Assembly (NCBI GenBank): GCA_044892525.1
Contig: CM097885.1
Span: 38,876,001 to 38,940,000 of the forward strand
DNA: 64,000 nucleotides
Source: Schmidtea polychroa
Lineage: Eukaryota
Direction: 5' to 3'
The notes beneath the pieces are model-generated. The model saw only the letters and a list, made by a program, of their open reading frames with translations, had not been told where the DNA came from and did not search any database. Made by a program: the position numbers and the translations under genes. How positions within the stretch are numbered: the first letter of the stretch is position 1; the number at the start of each line of letters is the position of its first letter. Of the stretch, positions 44,302 to 59,653 are shown in pieces.

Positions 44302-44350
44302 ATTATTATTATTATTAGTGAAAAAACCTTAAATAATTTTTACACACTAA
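43510..44350. repeat. Compound repeat (AAAACCTAAAATATTTT-(AC)n-AACCCATTAA-(ATT)n units) in the E2 TIR
   Basis: It is read directly and mirrored at ~48820-49660. Related arrays lie at ~15750-16300 and ~20608-21030 in E1. Confidence 0.88.
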
Positions 44351-44620
44351 GTTATGGGGTAGAGTATTATTATGTTTGCAGTATTCTGTGTTTGCCTTTA
44401 CAGGAAGTTGTCAATATGGAGCGATAATTTTATACATACATTCTATATACACATACCTTGTTTAACATGGGTGTATATACTCCTAGTTTATCCGACAAAA
44501 TATTCTGTCCCCCTAAGGGTATTGCTCACAAAGGTACTACTCACATTCAACATGTCGCAAGGGTATATTAATTAGGGTTAGTAAATAAAACTTATAACAC
44601 TTACTATTTTTAATAATATT

Positions 44621-45428
44621 ATAATTATAACCATTATAACATGATATATCTTTCAAACTAAATTTAGGTATATTTTACAATAATTTTCAAGTAGATTTTA
44701 AATATATCATCATCGTGAAAAAATTAGATTGTTTCAACTTTAGATTTTCAATATTTTAAAGTTCATCAATGTGTAAATATTCTTAGAAAAATATATGAAA
44801 AAATTATTTAGTCAAATTATCATTACAAAGTCATCATCATCATCAAAATTAATAAAATATAGCAAATTATCAATAAATTAATTATTATATATATACTCGG
44901 AGTTTATCCGACAAAATATTTTCTCCCTCTATGGGTACTGCTTGTAAGGGTATTGGTCGTAAGGGTACTGGTCGTAAGGGTACTGGTCGTAAAGGTACTG
45001 GTGTGTTTTAATGATTTTATTTAGGCAAATATTTGGTTATTATTTGGCATTAAATTCATTGGTAATTTTTTAGAGTTAGCGGGATTTTACTAACATTTTT
45101 TTTTTGTGAATTTCATGTTAATTGAAAGAATATTTAAGGTTTAGTGTTAATTCTAAGATAAATTTAATTAATTTATTGATAATTTGCTATATTTTATTAA
45201 TTTTGATGATGATGATGACTTTGTAATGATAATTTGACTAAATAATTTTTTCATATATTTTTCTAAGAATATTTACACATTGATGAACTTTAAAATATTG
45301 AAAATCTAAAGTTGAAACAATCTAATTTTTTCACGATGATGATATATTTAAAATCTACTTGAAAATTATTGTAAAATATACCTAAATTTAGTTTGAAAGA
45401 TATATCATGTTATAATGGTTATAATTAT
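44621..45428. repeat. Internal 264-bp inverted duplication in E2 (44621-44884 / 45165-45428)
   Basis: The arms read as reverse complements with no mismatch noticed, separated by a 280-bp spacer. Confidence 0.9.
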
Positions 45429-48400
45429 GATCAATCAATGAGATATTATCATCTCTAGTTAGGTATTTGATGACACATGTGGTTAAATATTTATTTTAAT
45501 GAATTTTGATCTTTTAGTGGACTCTTTGAATTTAGCTACTAAATTATTTCAATGGACGGATGTCTGTAACAAATAAATAAAATTCATATTTTGAAGAATT
45601 TTCTATGGATTTTAAGAGAATTGATATATTAAAGGTCTGATATATTAAAGTCGGTTGTTTAAGATGGTAATATACGATTTTTAAGGTGTTTAAAATGATA
45701 GAAATATTTGGTGAGGGATCGGTTAAGGTGGAAATGTTTGAAATCTCTATTTAAATCGACAATGTTCTTATTGGTAAATTTTAAAGGGAAATAGTCAGTA
45801 TTTAGCTATGAATTAATAATAGTTCCTGTGAAATTATATCGTTTTAGAGGTTTATTAGGTTGTGATGAATGTTATTGCACAGTAATTTAGATTTATGTTT
45901 TAGAACCAGTTTTTTATTAATTATCCACTGTTTTATTAAGTCTTTTAGGGTTAATGATCAATTTACTTGGTTTTCACAATGAAATATTTGAAATCTTTAG
46001 AATTAATTGGGATTGATATCAAAGGTTATTGCTTTAAATTATTTTACTTAAGAAGTTATTTTATTCATTGTGGGGACATCAGTGACAAAACTTGAGAAAT
46101 ATTGACTTAAAAGTTGGAAATCGACAACGGCTAAAGAAAATTGATCTTTATTGAAGGAATTTTATGATTTTAATTAGAAATTAAATCGGTTGAATATCTA
46201 TTGAAGGAATATTGTTATCGGATGGATAAGTGATATTTTGCCAAATTACCTTTGCTAAATATTATTTTAAATCACTAAAAATGAGAAAATTAAGCACTAT
46301 TCATAAATTGATGACCCAAAATATCAATGTTTTGGTTACTCAAACATCTTAAATTTCTCGCAAAGATATATTACGTCTAATGATCATCTAATTAAATTAG
46401 AAAAGAATTGTAACCCTATATAAATATATATTTTTAACTAATAAGCACCTTATTTGGTTAAATGATAACCATATTTCTATTATGACTCCTTTAATTATTT
46501 TTGCCTCAAACAAATTTACTCCAAATGATAAAGAATTTAAAATTATCAATGGATAATGACCATGTTTTTCTCATATTATTAACTATTGTAACGAACATTA
46601 GATGAATAAATTACCTTTTGCTTTAAATGTCTAAAAAGTTAACCAATAAATTAGTCGCTCGACATAAGTGTAAAGTTACATTTAAAATATTCACAAATTT
46701 CTGATTATCTTACCTAAGAATTTCTAAATGATTAATATTGCGACATGTTGAGTGTGACCAGTACCCTTGCTAGCAATACCCATAGGGGGACAGAATATTT
46801 TGTCGGATAAACTAGGAGTATATGGTCTTTATTGATATATCAAAATACTGTTATTTATAAATCAACTCAAAAATACTATATTATTTTACTGAATGATACC
46901 TTAAATGTTTTTAATATACATATTTCTAAAATAAATCAACAGTTCAAACCAACAACATGTATGCAAGACCACCCATTGTTAATTTATTTACAGTGTCACG
47001 TCCCTCAAAAATACCGTGAGTGTTTTAACAAAGCTGAGCTAAAAGAAACTTTCCAGATAACAACTCACCTGAATGTTTTGAACAAAAATGAGCGAAATTG
47101 AGAACAAACGATTAGATGGCGATTAACTTCTGGCCACAACCCTAACAACATGAAAATTAAGATTTTAATTATTGAATTCGTTGTTTTCTGCCTGGAAATA
47201 CTAACAGAATATTTTTTAATTCAAAGAATCTTCATTATAAATTTTTGAATTTAAAAAATTAAATTAAGGATATATTAAATTTACAATACATAATATTATA
47301 ATATTATAATATTATATAAAATTATATAAAATTATACTATATAATAATGTTAATGTTTAAATATGCTTAAATAACTAAATTGTTTAAATATTTTTAAATA
47401 ACTAAATTTAAATTATTTAAATATAATTCTGATATAACGTTATTTCTTTCGTTTTAGTATCCATAAAGTAAGTAAATAAAGAATTTACTAAAATATTTTA
47501 ATTATTTTACTTAGTAATGAAGAAAATGAATTATATAATTATGAAGAAGATGAACAAAATGGTGAAACACTAAATGACTTATGTTCTGGATTTAGAGATT
47601 TCTTATTAAAACATGAATTATAGAAGAAAATGAACCAGACAAAATGGTGAAACATTGATATGTTCGGGATTTCTTAAATGATTGGGGGTGTCCTTCAACA
47701 TGAATGTTTACTTAAATTATGTAAACTTTCAACGAATGTCAAGAAAAATGGGAAAAAACCGATGTTTTATCAATTAGATATTGTAAAGTACTACCTGAAG
47801 AATATTATTATTAATGTAAGACATGAATTAATTCTTTAAAATATATATATTATATTTAGGTATCTGTGTTTTATGGTGGGAAATGACATTGAAAAAGTAT
47901 ACCACAAATAACAGTTGCCTAATTTATCAAGCCTGTGACGATAAAATGCTAGATAATGTAAGTTAATTGCTTTTAAATCAATATAAATTTTAGCAATGAT
48001 AGTTGACACCGCATCAGAAACTAAGAAATATGTCCAATTTGCAAGATGTATTCCATGAAATCACTATCAAATGGCCCGATGGAGATGATAATTTTGAGAT
48101 AGAATACCAGCAGAAGAGCGAGAAAAATTTGTAAATTAAATATAATAGGGTTGGGTGGGTCCTCTTTATCCCTTAATTAATATATATTTACAAGCTGATC
48201 GTCGTGGTGGGCGGTTGTAATCCAACTAGTGGGAGGCCTCTGTAAATATATATTTGTGTTAGTGAAAACATTAATTAATTTGGTTATAGTGCCAATGACG
48301 CATGTATTTTGAAATTATACGTTTCGAATGTGCTGGTAGTTGACTACCCATGCTAGGCGTAATGTTCCGTACGGAAAGCTATAATGCCCAGGTTCTTTTG

Positions 48401-48863
48401 ACCCCACTTGGGGGAGGCACAGACGACCCTTGTGGACGTGAACAAATATCCACCGTGTCTTTCAGGCACAGATATTTGGTCACTGCTCATTAGGCCTGGC
48501 AATACTAAATGCATAAACTTTGCCTTGTCCTCTCTTGTCTTGATTTTTATCGTTTAAATAGTGTGTGTGATAAGTTTTATTTACTAACCATAATTAATAT
48601 ACCCTTGCGACATGTTGAATGTGAGTAGTACCTTTGTGAGCAATACCCTTAGGGGGACAGAATATTTTGTCGGATAAACTAGGAGTATATACACCCATGT
48701 TAAACAAGGTATGTGTATATAGAATGTATGTATAAAATTATCGCTCCATATTGACAACTTCCTGTAAAGGCAAACACAGAATACTGCAAACATAATAATA
48801 CTCTACCCCATAACTTAGTGTGTAAAAATTATTTAAGGTTTTTTCACTAATAATAATAATAAT

Positions 48864-48899
<36 letters not shown>

Positions 48900-49016
48900 G
48901 TTTAATGGATTGTATATGTGTGTAAAAAATATTTGAGGTTTTCACGAATATTGTTACAAATAATTGTTAATGGGTTGTGTGTGTGTGTGTAAAAATATTT
49001 TAGGTTTTTAATATTG

Positions 49017-49072
<56 letters not shown>

Positions 49073-49662
49073 GTTTAATGGTTGTATATGCGTGTAAAAA
49101 ATATTTGAGGTTTTCACGAATATTGATAATAATAATGGTTTATGAGTGTTTTTATGTTTTTGACTAATATTTGCAATAATAATAATGGTTAATGGGTTGT
49201 GTGTGTGTGTGTGTAGAAAATATTTTAGGTTTTCACTAATAATGATAATAATAATGGTTAATGGTTGTGTGAGTGTAAATAATATTTTAGGTTTTTGACT
49301 AATATTTGCAATAATAATAATAATAATAATAAGTTTAATGAGTTGTATGTGTGTGTGTAAAAATATTTTAGGTTTTTAATATTGATAATAATAATAATGG
49401 TTAATGGGTTGTGTGTGTGTGTAAAAAAATATTTTAGGTTTTCACTAATAATGATAATAATAATGGTTAATGGGTTGTGTGTGTGTGTGTGTGTGTGTAG
49501 AAAATATTTTAGGTTTTTAATACTGATAATAATAATAATGGTTGAGGGGGTTGTGTGTGTGTGTGTGTGTGTGTAGAAAATATTTTAGGTTTTTAATACT
49601 GATAATAATAATAATGGTTGAGGGGTTGTGTGTGTAAACCATATTTTAGATTTTTCATTAAC

Positions 49663-49719
<57 letters not shown>

Positions 49720-50081
49720 TCCCGCGCGTGTTACTACTTTAAAAGAAAATATTGAAAATTTAAAAAATAATAATATTTATGCAAAGCATGTGCAATAATT
49801 ATGTCTTTGTTAATTAAGTAAACTTTAGTGTCAAAATAAGTTTTTAAAATATTTTTAAATTTAAAATACCGCAACTTAATATATTTTTGATCTACCCCTT
49901 CATTGATTTAAGTTGGTCAGAATTTAATATTAATTATATTATACCCTTTGAGACATGTTGAATGTGAGTAGTACACCTTTGACCATTACCCATATGAGCA
50001 ATACCCATAAAGGGATAGAATATTTTGTCGGATAGATTAAGAGTATATATGATAATAATATTCCCCGTGCGCGTAATAATA

Positions 50082-50127
<46 letters not shown>

Positions 50128-50249
50128 TGAACTTGTATTTGAAATAATAATAATAATAATTTACGACATATTGAGTGTGAGCAGTACCCTTGTGTACAGT
50201 ACCCATAGGGGGACAGAATATCTTGTCGGATAGACTCGGTGTATATATG

Positions 50250-50312
<63 letters not shown>

Positions 50313-52618
50313 CTTAGAAAATAATAATATGTAATCAACGATTTAAACAAAATTATATTATTACGTATTCGATAATTAAAACAAAAATTATTAGTTCTAA
50401 AAATATTTGGCATCGTTCTAAAAATATTTGGCATTATTCTAAAAATATTAGACATCGATTACGTAATAGTTCTAAAAATATTAGGCATCGTTCTAAAAAT
50501 ATGTGGCATCATTCTAAAATATTTGGCATCATTCTAAAAATATTAGACATCGTTCTAAAAGTATGACGTAATCATTCTAAAAATATTAGGCATCGTTCTA
50601 AAAGTATGACGTAATCATTCTAAAAATATTAGGCATCATTCTAAAAATATTAGGCATCGTTCTAAAAGTATGACGTAATCATTCTAAAAATATTAGGCAT
50701 CATTCTAAAATATTAGACATCATTCTAAAAATAATAGACATCGTTTTAAAAATATTTGGCATCATTCTAAAATATTAGACATCATTCTAAAAATGTGATG
50801 AGTCATTGTCTTTGTTCTAAAAATGTGATGAGTCATCGTATGATAAAAATCTATATCTCATTAGAAAGTTCTTGCACAGAGCTTTAAAATAAGCTATCGA
50901 TCAATATAATATGTTGGCGGGAACAATAATTTTTGGGATGAAAAAAAGTAGGTCCCCGCTGGATCACTTAATAATATTTTGAAAAATAATAATAATTTAA
51001 CGTTGAAAAGATGGTGGTCATCAATTGTTAATAACAAAAACTATTAAAGATATATAAGATACCTATAGCTCATTCGAAAGGTCTTGGACTGAGCTTTAAG
51101 ATGAGGTATCGGTCAATAAAATTTGTTGGCGGGAACATTAATCTTTGGGATGACAAAAAGTAGGTCCCCTCTGGATCACTTAATAATATTTTGGAAAATA
51201 ATAATAATTTAACGTTGAAAAGATGGTGGTCATCAATTGTTAATAACATTAAAACTATTAAAGATATATATGATACCTATAGCTCATTCGAAAGGTCTTG
51301 GACTGAGCTTTAAGATGAGGTATCGGTCAATAAATTCTGTTGGCAGGAACATTAATTTTTGGGATGAAAAAAAGTGTGAGCCCGCCAGGCCAATTAATTA
51401 AAACAAAAAATTAAAAAAAAATTTTTTTTTTCCCGGGGGGGGGGGGAGGGGGGAGGGGTATATGTGATCTGGAGGGGACATGATCTGGAGGGGACACATC
51501 CTACTACTCGTTTACTTTGGATGTTTTTGTATCATTTCATTAGAATTTCATTTCCAACTGTCTCTTTCTTGATTTATTTCGCTTTTTATTTTTTCATGTT
51601 TTTTCATGTTTTTCCTTTATTATTATTTTGACTGATTTGAAGTTTTTTTTCTTTTTATTTGGTTTCTTGCCATTTTATTCTTGCGTCACTTATTTTTCTT
51701 TTTTTTATTGTTTTATTTGCAATCCAGTAATTGGATTTTCAATTGGAAATATATCAAAATCCAATTTGGCAATCATTTAGAATTGCATGATATTAAATCG
51801 ACATTATCAGAAGGTAATGAATGATCGTTTTTTTATATGTTGGATCTTTTGATAATGGTGAGGCGAAAACAGAAATGTCTGTACATAAAGTAAAGTTGTG
51901 AGTAAAATTATTTTCAACATAACAAATAATATTCTGTGATAGACAAGAGGTTTAATACCAAAATTTAACAATTCATTTTAAGGTCTAAAGGTGCCAATGT
52001 TGTTACTAATAATAATTAGGCATCTATCAAATTACAATATAAATAAAGATTACGATATTTGTTTACCTTTAAATAGATTTACTGAATTTAATATGAATAA
52101 TATTTTCCAACCTTGTATAATTTTGTATTATATTTTTGAATGGAATCTTTTTATTTTTTTGGAATTAACACCATTCATTCAAGGTTTTGTGAAACATTAA
52201 TAACATATTCCACCAATAATTTGTTTTTGTAAATCCGAAGATTATCAACTCTATCACCTTGTCTCAGAAATTTTGTCTTAGAGAAACTGAAAGGATTTCA
52301 CCGAATGTGTGACCCGACAAAATAACCCAGGAAAAACACTCAATATAAAATACCACTGAAAACATATTTTATTCAAATAAAATGCTTAGATAATAAATGT
52401 TTATATTGTCTACTGTTTTGTTGTGGATTATGAAATATTTATATAAAGGAATATCAAAAACTTAAATAAATTTCAGCTGATGTATTTTATTTGATTTATT
52501 TTTTAAAAACAAAATTAAGTTCAAAATTTATTACATAGCACAGATGTACAGTTTAAATATCAAGCAATGATATATTATTAATACATAAAATGAATAGTAA
52601 TTTCTATATAATATACAC

Positions 52619-53992
52619 AATAAGTTAAATTCCAGAATATAATATTCACATATAAGTTCACTGAGAGAGAAAATGGGAAAGGAAATAATTAATACGGTCC
52701 CAATTTTGTAAAAACAAAAATACATAATTTGTAATTTCCAACAAATTTATTTACTGTTTTATATATAACCTCCATTTTAATAGGGAATTTTTGCTTGCGA
52801 AAACTTTTGATCTACACTTACAACCAAAACAAAAGATCTTCGTTGTAACAATTACATCTGACAAGAGATTCTGTGACGATATTTCATGTAATTATATAAC
52901 AACTAAAACGCAGAATAATTTAAAGCCCAATATTTTTCCCGATAAATTTGTTTTAATAAAGCCAACCTTATTTGTTAAATCTTTGCAAATATCTGCATAG
53001 TAAATTTCATCCCTTTCCTAAATTAATTTTTTCCGGTTTCCCATCATAATTTTAATTAATTATAATGTGGTTCATTTTTATTAATTTGTGTAATTTTTAT
53101 TAAAGTTATATCTTACGGACTTCTTAAAATATAAGATTTATTCAAATTTTAAACAATTAATAAATATTTAAAAGAAATTCATTTTCAACCGATAAATGTC
53201 AATGTCGATTGTTATAACTGAAACGAGGTATTTTCAGTACGAAAAAACTATGATAGGCATACGTAATCATCAGTTATATACATTAAAATTTATATAAAAA
53301 TCGTCTTGTCAAACAATGATGACAAGCGATTATGGGCGAGGGAAAATACCAGTCTTGTATTTGGGTATTATTTTGGAAACGATGAACTTGATGACTATGA
53401 CAGTGATATGATGGAGCAAGAACTAGTTCGAGAGGATCAAAATCGTATGGCTGAAATATTTACTAACTTGTTTAATTCTGTGATTTCATTTTAATCAAAA
53501 TAATATGTTTAATATATTTTAAAAATGTAATCATTTTTAATTTTAATTTACAAACTACCGTGCCAGCCCTTTCGGGGTGGGCGGCGGGTGATCTTCTGAT
53601 GATTTTAATCTTTGTATTTTTTATTAAATGTTCATCAATATCTAGAAGGTTGTCTCTAATCATTCCAGCGACCCTGATTCATTATTTTGTAAGGCACTGT
53701 AAGCTTGACACTTTATTATGTCTTTTTTATTCAAAAATACAAAGATTAAAATCAAATGCAAAAATTGCTTCTTAAAATGAAAATTATATTAACAGTAGAG
53801 TTTAAAGAAACAAACTATTTATTAAGTAATATAAATAAATGTAATCATGAAAATCTGTAAATAAATTTGTAGAAATTACAAATTATGTATTTTTTATTTT
53901 TGCAAAATTGAAACCGTAGTGATTATTTCCTTTTCTATTTTCTCTCTCAGTGGACTTATATGTGAATATTACATTCTGAAATTTAACTTATT
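52619..53992. mobile_element. Old foldback/TIR element with ~135-bp imperfect inverted repeats
   Basis: 52619-52754 is an imperfect reverse complement of 53857-53992. No TSD was resolved. Confidence 0.65.
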
Positions 53993-55500
53993 AAATATTA
54001 CGTAGTTAATATTGCCGAATTCTCAAGATAAAATTTGTTCAAATATCCGCAAAAATAAAAATTATATATTTAAAAATGGATAATTTGGGACGCTACCATC
54101 TACTCCAGTGACCCACTGTCCATATTTAAAAACCCTGGACCCAAAATAGGCCTCATTACAGTGCATTCTTTACATATCCCAAATGTGTCCCTTTGATTCA
54201 TATAGAAAAAAAACATGAAACTGAAATTGGCTTCGCTATTTCATATTAACATAAAATAATTGAACTACAGTATGACAAAAAAAACTAATTTAATATTATG
54301 TAATAGATAATTTTTAATCGAAATTTTATAAAAATTTAGTTAAAAAATTCACTAATTGAAATTATTAATCATTATTACGGATTTCTGCAATAAACAATAA
54401 CGCTAATTTTAACAAATGCAAAAAAAATAAATTTTTCTGTAACTAAATCTTTTCCGTTTTATTATATTTTATTGAAATAATTAAAATATTTTAAAAATAA
54501 ATTATTTATAAAAAAACTGTTTAGATTATATATTTTCATTTATTTTAATAGTAAATCGTATGTCAAATTTTTCAGATATAACCCAGATAAGATTGTTTGA
54601 TAAATATATTTTAAGCATATCAAAAAATCGGCTTTTGCTTTATTTCAACTTGTTAACTAAAAATTAGGAAAGATTTTTTTCATAGTAAGGAAAATGGATA
54701 TAAAGTGTTTATAATTTATCAGTAATACATGAAGTTAAATTTTTTCAAAATAAAATTTAATTGAATTATTATTATGTATAATAAAATAAAAGTTCAGTGA
54801 AATACTGCAAAATTTGTGATGTCTCATCGTTACTCTCTTAGTGCAATATGAAAGGAATTTATGAAATATCCAACATCTATTTGATTTCTTATATTTAGCT
54901 CCCCTTCAATATACGATTCCTCAATGCCACGAGAGACATAATGATATTTCCAAAGTATGAGCATTGATTTTAATTATACAGGTTACAAAAAACATTCTAA
55001 GAAAATAATTATAAAATAACCAATGTTTCATATTAGGTCACTTTATGATACCCCTCTTAATACTTATTAAATAATAGTAATCGACAAATTTTAATGAAAA
55101 AAAATTTATTAATTAGTTACTTATAATACTTTTAGAATTAAATTTAGAATTAAAGTAATTTTATATTTTTAAATATTTAATTCATTACATTTTAGTAATT
55201 AATAATATTACTGTTTCGACCGAAAGGTTGAAACGGTCGGATTAAGGATATTTAAGGGTTAAGCTGTTTTAAGAAGAGTTGATGGTAAAAATGGTTTGTT
55301 CAAGAGTAACATTAAAAAGAAAAATCAATTTAGAGACTTTTGAGGATCTAAAAGTCTGTTTTTAACAGTTTAAACGGTCAGTTTCAGAATCAAAATTTCA
55401 GGTTATTGAAAGATAATAATAGTGATAATAATAATAATAAAAATAATAAAAATAATATTAATACGAATAATAATAATGATTATTAATATTGTTATTATCA

Positions 55501-55595
<95 letters not shown>

Positions 55596-55894
55596 GTAAG
55601 GAGTTAGTAAACCCCTATATAAAATTATTATGGTTAAATGGTAGAAGTGAGATCAGTTAGTAGAAATAATTATTTCTGTTAAAGTTTTATATTTAAATTC
55701 TATATTAAATTATATCATATTATATTAAATTATGTTAAATTAAATCAATTAAATGTATTACCAGTAATTACATAAATATTAATAATTATCACGCATCGGT
55801 GTTTAAATACGCTAGGAAACGACACAAATTTGAAGTGGTTATAAAAATAAATGCTTGAAGAAGATTTGAATTTAATTGCGTCTAACAATTATTA

Positions 55895-55928
<34 letters not shown>

Positions 55929-55930
55929 TA

Positions 55931-56323
<393 letters not shown>

Positions 56324-57320
56324 ATTATTATTTGGCGGAGCACGGAAAATTGAAATTATTCAAGAAAAGAAAAAATTCTCCTTAAGTATTATTAATTATA
56401 AAATAAGGTATATAAGTAAGATAGAAGATATTTTACTAAAATTTATTAACTATTTAAATTTGAAAATAAATATTTTCAAATGAAACTTTGTAAAAATCAA
56501 AATTTTAATTTATTGATAGTGAGACTTGTAAATTTTATGCTTATTAAATTTCTTACGAGATTAAATTAATTTTAACGAAATAATTTTATAATAATTGAAA
56601 TATTTTATCAAACCTGTATGATTCAATTAACTTTCATTTAATGAGTTTATTTTAAGGAAATTACAAAGGTAATTAAAAATAATTACAATTAAAAATTTTC
56701 CAATTAAGTAATTATTTTTGTTTTAATTAGATGCAGATAAACAAGTTTGGTGGATTTATAACAGAAAAAGGCATAATTGTTAAACTATAATTATTTCTAA
56801 AAATGAAAAACTTTACTTTAACCTTCTATTTATTCAACAATATTATACGGCAGTTACTATTTATGACATTCCATTTTATATAGTTCCATTTAATATTGAC
56901 TTGTTGAATTATCTGGTGAGTGGCACAACTTTGAGTCGAGCAAAGCAAATTCTGTCAAAGAATTTCTTGACTGAACCGTTATTGTGGACTACAAATCAGT
57001 AAGGCAAAATGATGTTGTCTTTGTTGCAAATTAGAACTTTTTATTATTTAGGAGAATATTTATCACAAAATTTGAATAGAATATTGTATAAGGCAAGTGA
57101 TTAGCAATACTGAGCTTGAACTTAACAAACATGCTGTTGAGTCCCAAGGCAAATATATTATAATGTAATCCTGTACACAAACATTGAAAAAAACATTCGT
57201 CAATGAAAATGATAGGTTTTCGATTTCTGCAATTTGTTTAAGATTCTGTCAACCTCAATTTTGAGAGTTATTAGTATTTCAGAATTCTAAAAATGAAGTG
57301 AAATTTGTTTGTACTGTCAT

Positions 57321-58119
57321 CAGTGGCGCGGCTACCATATAGCAAGAGTAAGCAATGCATAGGGTCCCACAAGACAGGGTGGCCTTTTTTCCAAGTTTCC
57401 TTAATTTTCTTCAGAAAACAATGTCAAACAACGGCACGGCGACACCAGTCAACAGGGACCTCCAAATGATCGATTTGTGGTTTTATGTAATAAAGCTCCA
57501 CTGTTTTGTTTACTTATTGCATTAAGTACATTATTTATCTGCATTTTACCTATTTATGCAATCCCCTCTGCCTCTCCCTCGCTAATAATGTAGTGTATAA
57601 GCAAGCAACTTTAGTTATCTAAGTAAATCGCCCATTCATATAAGGTCGAAAAAATTGTTTTGCTTGTCGGCTATACACATTTCTCCCTGATACATTTCTA
57701 TCATTTTTAACGATTTATATTGTTATATTCTATATTGAGTTCTAATTATTTAATTAAATCGTCTTTTCAAAGAGGACCCAAAAAAATGTTTTACCTGCGG
57801 CGCAAAACTCCTCTGTAACTATAAGCCCTTCTTTCAATTAACACTCCGCCTCCCCCTTAAAAAAAATTTTGAGTAGGCTTACCAAACTGGTCTCATACTG
57901 TACAAAATAAAAAAGGTGTTCCATCAAAATTTCGAGAGTTACGAAGTGTTCCGTCACAGGAAAAGTTTTGGAAACTCTGGTCTAATTCAATTGTACTTCA
58001 ATTGTGTTATCCCTGCGGCGCTATGGTGCTCTGCACCTATTTCACTTGTGTATGCAGTATAGGGGGGGCCCATCTATGACTCATTGCATAGGGGCCCAAA
58101 ATTTCTAACTGCGCCACTG
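57321..58119. mobile_element. hAT-type MITE (799 bp)
   Basis: TIRs are CAGTGGCGCGG / CTGCGCCACTG, with an exact 8-bp TSD ACTGTCAT (57313-57320, 58120-58127). Confidence 0.9.
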
Positions 58120-59039
58120 ACTGTCATGAACATTCAACGCTTTTTATCGGTACATAACTTTAATAACGAGTTTGCATCATTTATATATCTGCATTTTAAA
58201 ATGTTGAACAAATAAAGTATGATAAAAATATACTTAAAACTAATTTCTGCAACATATATAAAATTTTTTAAAAAAGTGAAATTTTAGAATTCTATTACAA
58301 AATGGAAACAAATATATTCTTAAACAAAATCTGTTATGCTTTTGCCTCTCAGTTTATTAATATTCCTGGCCAAAAAGACCATGGATTAATTCTGACTATA
58401 ATACTGCCTTCATTCTTAAAGATTGTCATATTTTGTGAACAGAAAGATATTGTATGTTTGGTTAATTAATGTTTCGGTAGTAACGAAATTTCAACCTGAC
58501 TCTACTGTTCAATCACGCTATCAATTAATATTGAAATTTTGTCTACAACCAATTTCACACAAAATACTGATGACATATTTTGCATAAAATATGAATTTCT
58601 TGATTACAACTGCTCCTTTAATTTACAGGATAGGCAAATCTTACAATGAAATGATTACTTGTATTCTAATAATTTTGATAGTTGACGCCTGAGCTTAACT
58701 TTCTTTCATTGTTTTACATATCTTTCTCGTACAAATGAATAAATTAATTTTTATGTTTAAGACTTCTCACTAATTTACTGCATTTTTATCGACTAATGCA
58801 TGGGTCGCAACCCTTTTTACTAGGACGACATATTAATTAATAAAACAAAATCTTTAAATAGAACTAATAAAATTATAACAATAAAGTTTAATGAGAAATA
58901 AATAAGAAATGATTCAAACAAAATCTGTTTGCAAATTATTAGTTTCGTTCGAAGGAATGTGACCGACAAAGTTAAGATAGTTATCTATTAATTGTATATA
59001 TTTTTAGAAAATACTCTAATTTCTTTCGTCAATTATGAA

Positions 59040-59133
<94 letters not shown>

Positions 59134-59374
59134 AATATCAAAGGATGTAAAACTTTCCTATAAATAATTTTATTTAATTTGTAACCATTTTAATTATTAA
59201 ATATTTTATATTTAACCAGCATTTAAATCAAAATTAGAATTAAATAAGAATCGCCCCCAGCATAATTATATAAATTTTATGCATTTTTTGTTGAATAAAT
59301 CTGTGGAGAACTTTATTTTGTTTAATTATGAGTAGAAATGATGAAGACGAATGGGATATTATTGTGGTTAACAA

Positions 59375-59530
<156 letters not shown>

Positions 59531-59653
59531 TTAATAATAATAATAATAATAATAATGGTTTCCTCCGATTTGACGTAGTTTTTGTATCGCGTCTGTCTGC
59601 GCGGTATGGTTAGACCGATTCTTGTTAAGGTGCGCACACAGACGCGAGTAATA

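Larger units (their letters stand above)
41639..51508. mobile_element. E2: non-autonomous Polinton/Maverick-like element with ~2.95-kb TIRs
   Basis: It starts AGTAGTAGGATGTGTCCCC and ends GGGGACACATCCTACTACT, with an exact TSD CGTTTA (41633-41638, 51509-51514). TIRs are ~41639-44600 and ~48565-51508, and mirror-image ORFs in the track confirm the symmetry. Confidence 0.9.

Noticed and set aside
41639..51508. E2's long palindromic arms as an assembly or fold-back read artefact
   Set aside because: The arms differ in substitutions and microsatellite lengths, enclose a ~4-kb spacer, and are bounded by an exact 6-bp TSD. E1 shows the same design.
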